A stretch of DNA of 64,000 nt from Dimorphilus gyrociliatus (taxonomy: Eukaryota > Animalia > Annelida), in contig CAJFCJ010000007.1 of the NCBI GenBank assembly GCA_904063045.1, positions 1,508,873 through 1,572,872 of the forward strand, read 5' to 3'. Positions within the stretch are counted from its first letter, which is position 1. Each line of letters opens with the position of its first letter. Made by a program: the position numbers and the translations under genes. Shown here piece by piece: positions 26,901 through 38,063 of this stretch. The notes beneath the pieces are model-generated. The model was not told the DNA's origin, searched no databases, and saw only the letters and a program-made list of their open reading frames with translations.

Positions 26901-29900
26901 ATAGCCAATGATAATTTTATTGAAAATATTTTTCTTTCTTTAATCGTACAGCTTGCTATTATTCTATCACGAAGAACAACTGCACGGATATGTCTAAATT
27001 CTACAACATAACTAAAACCTTAATTAAAGGCAAACCTGAATGCGATAAAATAAGAAAAGAAAGTAAGCTTTGTCCTGCTCATGGTGGTCCTCCTTGTAAA
27101 TATCAAAAGAGCAAATGGAGTGATTGCGATTTAAGAACATTTACCAAGGAGAGAGTCCGACAGCTAAAATCCACAAAACGTATTTCGGATTCAAAATGTC
27201 GAAAGGAAATTGTTGAGAAAAAGCCTTGCATTCCCAAGAAGATACTTACAGTGTGCAAATATAACGCAACTAAGATCTCTAAAGCCGTTAAACGTTTGGA
27301 ATGTAAAAAGGATGGACGCTTTACTCGTTCTGAAATTCTGAATGAGAAAGAATCGTCGAAAGATTGTCCATTTTACATAAAATTTATTAAGCCGTGTAAA
27401 CGTCGTAAGGAGCCGAAAGCTAAATGTTTTTATGATAAGAAAGGAGGTTGGACACCTTGTACTCTCCATAAACGATCCGTCGTTGGCGCTTTAAGAGGTA
27501 ATGAGAATGCCTGCTCGAAAGAGGAAACTATTGTGGAGAGTTGTAACTAATTTGTTATTTGTTCATTTACTAACAATTTGATTAGTTTGATTTGCGTAGC
27601 AAAACGAAAGCGAAAGTATATACATTTATGTACGTTATTCATGTATATCCATATTGTACACATTGCTCAGTTCTTAAGATGGGATAATTTGAGCACAGCT
27701 TTTCACTCTGAATAACGATTACTCATCCCTGAAATAGTTCATAAAGGCTTCAGTTTGAGATATTTCTCTTCTTTTTTTACATATATGAATTATTTCAGGA
27801 TTTGAGTGGTCTAATTTCAAATCCTCTTGCGTCAAGGATGTCAGTAGTTTATGACATATTATTTCCCCATTAATTGATTAATTAATTGTTAATGAATATC
27901 TATGATGACTCTTACTAAACTAGTTGACTAATTAATGATTAATGAGCGTTGGAGATAATACCCATACATGACCTATATAAACTGACTGCTTTAAACCAGA
28001 TTTTTCCAGTTCGACTCTTTGCTCGAGTTACTCTGATCTGTGTACTGCTTTAATTTTCGCTTGTAATATTGTACATTGTATACCTTTCAAATATTATAAC
28101 TTATATATAAAGCATAATACTACGCAAAAGGTTTCAGAAGTATACAAATTAATTATTGTAAAACTATAAATATTAACTAAAGTACTGTGTATATCAAGCT
28201 TACAAAGTGTAAACTTATGTTATTCGTTTATAAAGTGTAATAATTAAAAAAAACAGACTGTTCCTCATTTTGTAGTTGCTGTCAAGTTCTTTGTTTTTTT
28301 TTTCTTGTAGAGATCGTTTATGAATAAAATAAAATATAGAAAGACATCTTTTTTTTTTTTAAATGGAAAATCTCTAATAATACTCTTCCAACCGTTTTTT
28401 ATGCGCTGGATAAATTGTTTAACTAAAGAGATTTACTTACTTGTTATGAGCTATAACCGTTTCGAACAGTTGCTTTTCGTTTACGGAGGGTACAATATAA
28501 ACCCACGTCAGAAAATCAATAAAGGGTTTCTTTATTGAAATTTGTATATCGTAGTTGTTTAAAATAGTGAGTATCTCCTCCAAGGGTAAGACATTCTCGC
28601 AGAAAGACTTAATGTACTTTTCGTCACCCTGAGTAGAAAAAAGAAAAAACAGTGTGAGGTTAATTCGTCCCTGGGCAAAACAATGATGACTCTAGCTTGG
28701 ATACAAATATACTTAATGATAAAAACCTTGGCGCAAAAAGCCAAGAGTTGTATCAAGTTTAAAAGATACTCTAAACTTTGGGCTCCTTCTTCTCTTAAGA
28801 GAATTTTTCTTCTGTCGTGTGCCTGTAATTCAAGTGCACGAAAACCGATGGGGAAAAATTGCATTACATATTTCATAATCAGTATTTGATTTTTCCGAAT
28901 TATATGTTCATCTATGCTAACGCCATCTACGGATACAAGAATGGAGAGAATTTTTGCAAAGAGAGGATATTTTTCTCCATATTTCGATAAAATTTCAACC
29001 AGTTTATTTATGGAATTAGTACTTATTCTCCAACAAAGTCTATAGTTCTGGTAGAAAATCTAGAAATTATTGACAAGTGTTAGCTCAGTTTGATTTCAAT
29101 TCAAAAAATGAATGTAACATACGTGAAACAATAAACTTGCTAATAATTCAGGCTTTTGACGAATGATCAGCAAAAGATCTAGATGATTAAATAATAATTC
29201 CTGACATCGTTCATTTTCAATAGTTAATTTGATTAATAATTCCATAATACAAGTAATGACTGTGACTAACTTTGGGCCAAACTGTTTACATAAATACAAA
29301 CAAATGCAATAAAAATAACCTCATTTAGTCATGAATTTTCAATCTTATACCATAGTCTCACTCCTTTGAATTTTACGAAGCAATTCCATAAGTAGCGAAA
29401 CAACTCCGTGATTGATTAGCATGCCTTGCGCTACTGGATTGGAAATGGTTGTGTCACAAGGCTCTAAATAATCTCTGTGATAAATATATATATACATATA
29501 TATGTGTGTATATATTAAACATTAACAATATTTAAAAACAATAAATTCACTTTGCGAATTTTCTCAATACCGAGCAAATATCATCAATATGTTCAACGTA
29601 AACTTGTAAGCGTACTAATCTACGTAAGATGGGAACATGCTCCTGCAATTCATTATTAATCTCTTTGGTTTCTTTTGTTATTAAAATCTGTTGTTGTTTA
29701 AAAATATCAACAAAAATATACATTTCACTGAGATTTTTTTAATAATATATACCTGACTTTCGATACCATCCCTGAATAAATGAAGCGGAAATTCGTAATA
29801 ATTTCTTATGGTAAGAAAAGCCTTATTGATCATTTCCGGTTCTCCAATCTTGGAAATATTTACCATCTCTTTCGGTAATTTAGCATAGAATGGAATCGAC

Positions 29901-32900
29901 GTGTAGTCAAACATTTTCCCAATTTCTTTCATTAACAACTTTGTATATCTTATTCTTTTGCTATCATCTCTAAATTAACAATAAGAATGATAGATAGAAT
30001 TTTATCAATTATTAAACCTAGTATGTTAATTTACTCTTTAATGATCTTCTCAAAATCTTCACCAAGTAAAGCACTTAAACTTGATTGGACTTCTCCACTC
30101 TCGATTTGTTTGAAGAAATGGACAAATTTCTAATTAATTTAATTCTAAATTTTAAAATTGTAACGTATTTTTGTTGATGTAAATTTTAACCTTTAAGGTT
30201 TTCTTTTCCTCCAACTCCATTATCATTGCTATGGTATCCATAATTCTAGTATGAAGTATATTATTTTTTTAAAATATACTATAGATTGAGTATATCACAT
30301 AACAAAAGCTTATGGGCTTTTTCTCTCCTTAGATTACTTACTGACAGTAAATATCCGTGATAACTTCTAGGTTTTTTTCAAGTTTTGGTCTGAAAGAAAC
30401 TTGTTTTTTCATCTTCTTTATATTAAAAACCGTTTGAAATGTCGATTGATCCTCTTCAACACCTATTATTCTACCCTCAGAAGTTAATAGTTGTTTTATT
30501 TCTGCGTTAGTGTAGTAACCGTATTTCATGAGACAATGACTCAACTGAAATAGCTTGAAAGACAAATAAGATCACTATGTTTTTATATAAAATATTATAT
30601 ATCAAAGAATTTACTTTTACAGCAAAATAGTTTTCTCGAACGTGAGTTTTAGCAACTAGCTTGAAGTTTTTTGAGTACTCCTGTATAAACTCTTTCAAGT
30701 GGCCTAAAGTCGCCAATTTAGTCTTGTCTAACTGTTTTAGATGGGTATTTTTATATTTTTTTTTAGTTTTCGTTATTGCTTTAAGTGTTTGCAAGTAGGA
30801 AAGAAAAGTTTACATACATATTTAGAGCTTTGAAGTGCTATTTCATCTGCATTTGGTAGATCTTCTTTCAAAGATTCGTTGGAAAAAACGTTACTTATGC
30901 AATCGATAAGAGACGTATTACTACCCACTTCAATATAAGCGTCTGAATTAAATTAATGAATTTAGTAAAGTTTAATTCATTGTTAACAGTTATCAATATC
31001 TTACTTGTAACAAGTGAGCAAAATAGTGAACGTATTAAAGGATCTATCGACTCATCTTTAATAATAAGAAAATAAACATCCCAATTAATGAAACCCTTTT
31101 CTATTAGTAGATCAATGCAAGTATGGTTTCTGTTCATGCAAAATGCTTCAAACAATTTTAATTGGTTACAAATGTAGTTATAGTCGTCCAAACGTAGACT
31201 AAAATTTGATAACAATTCAGTTGATCTTTTCCTTTTGATAAGAATTTTACCATCCGAAACAAAATATTCAAAAAACACATTTTTAACTTTTAATATTTTT
31301 TGACAAATTAGCGTTTGTTTTTGGGTAATAGCGGCACCTTTACAAACACATAATACATGTAATAGCTGTAGATATAATGGATCCTAGAAAAAAAACCATA
31401 ACAAACGGAGAAAAATATCAAATTATCTCATTTAATGCAAATTAAAAAATTAGTCAAGTACCTTTGTAGATTTCAACAATTTAATAAAGCTTATTATTTG
31501 CTTATTTGTAATTTTTTCGATAACTGATTTTTTATCTTTTATCATTTCTATCACAACTTTTGCTACATCTGAGTATAAATAGTCCTATTATTTCAATAAA
31601 AGGATAATGATTAAGACAATATAATTAAAAAAATAGTCGAAAATAAATATTAAATACCTCCTCCGCTAACCGGGATAAGAGAAAATCGAAATAGTTTGAT
31701 ATATGCAAGCAACTTTCTACATTCATATCTTTAATACTCGTCAAAATGACTTTATAGATTACACGATATATTTGCATCATAAAGTCTTCTTTCTGATTGG
31801 TTTCCAATAATTTCAAGAGAAGATCTAAAATCTTTGGGAGTTTAAAAATAAACAAAAATGTAACTTTCCGCAAACAGAATAGGCTTTTTTATACAATTTG
31901 TCAGATAGTTGTTTTTGTTAAATAGCTTTTGAAACAGCAAACTACAAAATCAATATGGTCTTACAGAATTGGATCATATATCAGAGTTTACAAGAAAAGT
32001 ACATTTCGTAATACTATTTACACCTCAAATTAATCCCATAAACCTTTAAAGGGAAAGATAATATAATTTAAATATTCTAAAATATGAGAAAAAAAGTAAA
32101 CATTAAGATATCTAACAAAGAGATAACTTTTCTATAAAACTAAAATCAAAATATACTAGACGCCTACAATAATAAGCAAAATGGGCGTCACATAAATTGG
32201 TAAATAGAGGAGATGCAACAGTTTCCATCTACAGATAAAATTAATAGATTATATTCGAGGATATTTTAATAAATCTTCAAGTCGTACTGAAGTTAAAAGG
32301 ATTTATATTTTATGAGAAAATATTGGGATATAATAGAATTTTCTTGTAGAAATTATTGAATAACGCAATTATCATCTAAAATATCTCTTTTCCCATCTTA
32401 ATAACTAATTGGTTATTTTGAGAATAGAGATAGAAACGCTAAATAATAATATATTTTCTTACAGTCGATTCCCTCAATAGTTTTTGTGCTTTTCGATGAT
32501 AAGGCGTTGAGCATTTCTCAACAAATGCATTCAATTCTTCCAAAGTCTAAACCAACAGTTTAACGTTATTAGAATATTTAAGAGAAAAAAGACATAATAT
32601 TACTAATAGTATCTTCTGAAATTCTGTATAATTCAATTGAACATTTTGCTGCCTTTGAACGATAATATTTCTAAGACAAGGAATAAGACCAATAATATAA
32701 TTATAATCGGCAACGTTAGCTGGATCTACTAAAATCATAGTAAAGGCATCGGAATATTTTATTTTTGATTTGGCAGATATTTGTTTCAAATTCCCCTTAT
32801 CCCAAGAATTTTTCTTCCTTTTATATACAATTACTATAAAAAGAAGAGGAAATAGTAAATTTTAACTATTCTACTCTATTCAACAATGTACGAAAAATAA

Positions 32901-34570
32901 CTCACAGCCTTCTGAGCATATCCATAAATTTGTAGCCATGTGCTGAATACGAGCATCAGACCAATCTTGCACTATTCCTGATTGTTTTACGACTGGATGT
33001 AAACTGAAAACCGTAGAAGGATCTGTGCCATTGTCAGTTAATACTACAACGTTGTTTGATATACAGAGATAAAGCCTTGAACTCATATGTCGAATTCGAA
33101 TAGGTTGTCCCCAAACCAGTAAATCACCTATGAATTTAAGAAAAAAAGGCCCCATTTACTATAGCTTTTATTAAAGGACAAACGCCGCGCGTCTCGTCAA
33201 GTCTTTACCGTGCAAAACGCTAGTAGCTTGTTCAATTTGCCAATAAGAGAAGCAACGAGTTGATTGATAGAGGCTCTTAGAATCAAACATATCACATTCT
33301 CGAACTCTGAGGTGAACTGGAAAAATCGCATCGTTTACAGTCGATAACTTTATCGTGAAAATGATAATTACCATCTTCGAATTGAGGTTCCCCAAAAATA
33401 CCTTCGGCAATTAAATTTGCCTGTAGATACTTGTGACGAAATTGAATAATAGATCCTCCCTGTCAAAATCATTGATTGTTTGATTAATTTAAAAGCTGAC
33501 CTTTGAATACAAACTATTAAAGCTCCATCCGTTTCTGAGTTTCTAAAAGTCTTTCGAATAATTGCAAAATCAGAACTTTCTAGCGCAAGATTTAATTCCG
33601 ACCTATGCAAGTTTGAAATAAAATATTTAACGAGATGTTTTTATCATGGATTATTAAATTAAATTATTCAGAGAGGTAGCTTACCAAGTACAATCGACAA
33701 AGGAATAAATATCACATCTATCGCTTACATGAAGGTATTGCCCATTCAATTTTTCGCTTTCGAATACCACCTCATCCCCACTTCGAACAATATCCCCTTC
33801 CGCTTTTATTCTATAACGGGGCATGATACGAAATTGAGCAGTTTTACCATTGTGAATCTCCATTTTTACCTAGTTTAAATGTTAAAGAAGATTAACTATA
33901 AACACAGGGATTAGGGAGCAAATCGAACTTTTAGTTTATTCTTATCTCTTAGGCTGGTTGTTGACGTGTCAACTTGAATGAATTTATTCGTAAACAAGTG
34001 TCGTAATTGAATACATTCCCCGTAGCGTATAAGTTTTCCCCTCAGTCTCCTTTCTTCGGCTACATTATCTTCATTTTCAGTTTCAGCCGATCGCTGTTAG
34101 AATGGCTATTTAATTTAAAAAGCTAAAGAAAAAGCACATCTTTCGAATACCTTTGCATCTTTAAGGGCTTCAGATTCTTCACCGGTCATCAGAGCTTTAC
34201 CATAGCTTTCCTTTAAAAGTCTATACTTTTTATTCAACTTGTATCGATTTTGAGGGCAAATTTCAAATGTAATCACTGTTCAAAAAATTAAAAACTTAAC
34301 TAATCAGGCTATATATCAAAATGAAACTGGATTAAGAACTTTGCGAATCAGGGATATCCTTTGGGCATAAAACATCTTGATTATTAAACACAAGTAAGCC
34401 ATTGTATTGAGATCTAATGGAACAATTATTTTTTTAATGAATTGACAAAAGAAATATTAATCATACGAATAAAATTACCCAGAAAGTTCAGAGAAGACAA
34501 ATCCAGAGTTTTCAGACGAAAATAAACAAACGTAATCACCAATATGAAGTGAATCTTCATATTCAGCCAT
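20913..34570 (-). CDS. Large intracellular Ca2+-release channel of the ITPR/RyR superfamily (non-canonical IP3-receptor-like); roughly 40 exons
   Basis: N-term MAEYEDSLHIGDYVCLFS, IRYGECIQLRHLFTNKFI, FRIMPRYRIKAEGDIVRSGD (suppressor/MIR trefoils); RKAQKLLRE; RIH-associated LQVLASFCDGQHEGMQNYMRHQ; six TM helices, pore RYGVIGD, gate LNIAFGIIVDTFSELR, Zn site CFIC...HVKNEH. No SPRY repeats seen. Confidence 0.9.
26135..26148 (-). promoter_or_regulatory. CTCF-consensus motif CCGCTAGAGGGCGC ~90 bp upstream of the nested pleiotrophin-like ATG
   Basis: Exact match to the CC(A/G)(C/G)(C/T)AG(A/G)(G/T)GGC(A/G)(C/G) consensus in otherwise AT-rich intron DNA. Confidence 0.65.
26237..27550 (+). CDS. Secreted, basic, Cys-rich pleiotrophin/midkine-like protein with 1 N-type and 5 C-type domains (~335 aa); 4 exons (26237-26309, 26401-~26601, 26649-26792, 26952-27550); nested antisense in an intron of the ITPR-like gene
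   Basis: Signal peptide MQAKVLLIFSLLTILYVTSA. CGKWQNKGEC...SCGKG...C...CKISC resembles the PTN N-domain. CKYQKSKWSDCDLRTFTKERVRQLK...C...KKPC resembles the PTN C-domain [25 protein letters not shown]...C...KPC. All introns are phase 1. Confidence 0.8.
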
Positions 34571-35899
34571 AACTAACAAACTAACAGTATAAAGTTGTTA
34601 AGAATAACGGACTATTACATCCATATTTTGTACTATAAAAGTCTTTTTTCTTTGACTGAAACTATTTTTACATAATAGGTCAGTATAATAGACTATAGGC
34701 TAATCCACGAAAAATTATTCAATGGTTGCTATACCACGTTTTAATATGACGATCAATTCTTCAATCAATATATCCCTGTGATCATTGATCTTACCTCACT
34801 AGGCATATATAACCCAAAATGTTTTATCGCCGTTTAAGGAGATAAGGCTCCATAATCCCCAAAGAGGGAGACTCTACGCATATTTACATATTCACTATTA
34901 TATTTTAATAAAATTCACTTATGGAATGAAAATAACACTGGGAATTAATGAATATGTAAAACGTGTGATCTTCTGATTATTAACAAGAGAAATAATATAT
35001 TTAATCCTAAGTGTAAATGTTAATTTGGTTATTTGTATAGATGACGCGCGAAATCAATTCAAATAAGATCAAGAAAATTAAGAGGGCGCCTTGGTCTGAA
35101 CGGTCGCTAAGGGCTTGTTTATCCACCCTACAAAGCAGACAACAACTTGAATTTAAGTAAAGTGAACATAAAGGTAAGTATTTTTTTTTAAAATTCACTT
35201 AAAACCACTTAAGATTGTTGAATTTGTAAATAAATTTTTAACACTAACAAAGTGTTACTTGGTATCTGTCTGACTGTGTTTGCATGAATCTTCAGTAGAT
35301 ACCTAATAGCTTTCTCAACTGACGACTGGGTGTGAATTCGAAAACTACGGTTTTAAGTAGTCTTTTATTAAACAACACATAAAAATTGTATTTTGTTTGA
35401 TAACAATATTGGGTTCTCAGTATTTTCCGTCTAGACAAGTGGTACTTCATAAACTAGTTTTAACTGTAAAAAATATAGTCAGCGATAAAGAAATTGTTGT
35501 AATATTGCGTAAAATAAATCATAAAGTAGTAAATCAATAACATATTATCTCTTATCGAAATTCTTTAAAGAGTAAAATCCAAAAGTAGATAATTTTAGAA
35601 AAGTATAGGCCTCATTACTTAATCCATTTAAAAAGGCTGTTACAGTCCAAGATTATCCCTTTCAGCCGATTAGACGCGCTAATTGAAAGGCACAACTTGT
35701 TTACTAGACAACAGCAACGAGAAATGATATATTTTTCATAAGTTCTAGTAACTTTTTTTAGTTTAAATTAAAATGTTTTTTGCTTAGCGGCCGCCAGGTG
35801 TCTCACTTGAAGTGTTTCGTGGTTGCCTCACGACGGCTTTAACAAGTCTTTAGCTTCATCTTAGGCGTTTATTTAAATTGAGATTCTTTCAGAAAAGAA

Positions 35900-37003
35900 A
35901 TGGTCTACGTATACACGAAACCCCGAGGTCCCATAGCTGCTATGTACAGCAGTCCTGGACCTTGTTATGGCTTGAGGAGTCTTGTCGGAGCATATGACCA
36001 TGATCCTCGTAGTGTCCATTCAAAGGGACCAGCCCATTCTTTTGGAATCCGTCACGGTAAATGGAGAGATGATGCGGGACCTGGTCCAGCTTATTTTCCT
36101 GACCCGAAAATATACAAGTGACTATTTAACTATTTATTGTTCTATTTTTCTTATGCGAATGTCATTACTTTGATAATAGGGACGGCATGGACGGATCTCC
36201 TCATTACTCGCTCTATAGTAGACCAAGGGACTCGGCAGCCTTTAAGACTCCCGGTCCTGGAACTTATTCACCAGAAAGAACCGGACCAAGTGCCAAAAAA
36301 ATGCCCCCAGCATACACGTTTGGTTTAAGACATCTTCATAGAAGAACTGATAATACACCAGCCCCTAACAACTATAGTCTACCGGCTCAAATGGGTAGAA
36401 CTATACAAAGTGGAAAACGTCAGGCCCCTATTTATAGTATGACTGGACGTAGTAAAAGAGGTGAGTGTAAAATTAATAATGTAGTAACAAAAAAAGTTTT
36501 TAATAATTTATCTCTCAATCTCCAGGTGGCTTCCACGAAGACCTTTCTAGAACTCCTGGTCCTGGCGCCTACGGAACAGCTAATCCCGATATTTATAAAT
36601 TGAAAGGACCCACCTACAGCCTCACTTCAAGGAACATGATGCCATCGGATGCCACAAGGAAACCTGGTCCCGGTGCTCATCAATCGGAGAGGGTGAGTAT
36701 AAGTAATTCACCATTCGCCACTATTTTCTGTTTAACAACTATGAAAAGAGGCGATAAATTCTATGCCCCATAAGGCTTTGAATATTGTATAATTATTGAT
36801 TATGGACGACTTTTCAGGTATGGGCTCATAAACGAGCAGCCCCAGCCTTTTCTATGGGTATACGACATAGTCAATGTAAGTAAAATTTAATTACAATATT
36901 AATTAGTTATTTAATTACGTTTTCATTAACCAATTACAAAACTATATGTATCGCTTTCATTTCAGATATCTGCCCTCTTATTCTTAACGTCGACAATTGT
37001 TAG
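35900..37003 (+). CDS. ODF3: Outer dense fiber protein 3-like / SHIPPO1 (CIMAP1 family) ciliary microtubule protein, paralog a; 5 exons
   Basis: PRGPIAAMYSSPGPCY, DAGPGPAY, KTPGPGTYSPE, PAPNNY, GGFHEDLSRTPGPGAY, KPGPGAH (STPGP/SHIPPO repeats); ends YICPLILNVDNC*. Confidence 0.9.
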
Positions 37004-38063
37004 GAAGGAAAATAACGTCATTTCAACACTGTTTTATAAATAATATTAGTACATTAATTTTCTATTCTATGCTGTCGCTATTTCAGTTATCAATCTTTCG
37101 CCAAACATATTATATCAGGATATTTTTTTTCTTCAAAAAAACAAAAACTAATTAAAAAGTTCATAAATAAAACTCTGCTTATCAAATGTACCAGGAGAAA
37201 AAAATATGAAATTTATATTAACAAATATACAATATTCAATTCTCTTGAATAAGAGAATTATCCGCTGTTTTTGTTACTTCTTTTTCCTCTTCTTCTTCTT
37301 CTTCTTGTTTTTCAAATTTTTTCTATTGTACCTCCTTCTTATTAATTCTTAAAGGAGCAGTATTCTTTTTTATAGTAATCTAATTCTTAATTTTTAATGA
37401 TGACAAAATAAACATTCATTTATTGTCCTCTTCCGTCGGTATTTAACAGTTTAATCCAGATTTAATATTATCTGGTTATTAAATTCTTTGATCTCATCGC
37501 TAATTATTGTGAAAAGATATGTTGATTGTCCACAAAGGATTAAGTTAAACTGGCAAAAAAAATATGTTAGCTCATGATTATTAATCCTAAGATTTTAACA
37601 CCAATCCTTTTTAGGCTGAACCTTTACGCTCCAGTATCGACTTCTATCGATTTTTCTTTGACTAACAATACCGATTTTACTTCAAAAATACTTTTTCGAT
37701 TAAATCAAATAGACCGTACAGTAACTAGTCTATTAAATTATTCATTCTAGATTTTAATATTTACACATATACTATCAATTGCGGATAAGCCGAAGCAAGA
37801 AAAAGATATTAAAAATTATCGGATAAAGTGAATGAGCTCATTATTCGTAAAGATTTTATTTACAAATAAATACATTAAAAATGTAACGTTTTTGCCAAAA
37901 GGCATATAGAAAATTCTCGACCATCAAAACAGAGATTCGATATCGCGTCTACACTATTCAAAAAAAGGTTAGTTTTGACTATAACGAAAAAGAAACCGTA
38001 AACTTGGAACAGAAATTGACTTGTCCTTCGTTTCAACATAGCAGAGAGTTGGAGATAAATTCA

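Noticed and set aside
28917-28932. CTCF-like TCCGTAGATGGCGT (also CCGGCAGATGGCGG at ~50400)
   Set aside because: Both lie inside coding exons (VSVDGV; PADGG) and are explained by codons.
34353-34361. ATATCCTTT, a U12-type 5' splice-site look-alike
   Set aside because: On the non-coding strand of a channel exon (PKDIP); not an intron boundary.
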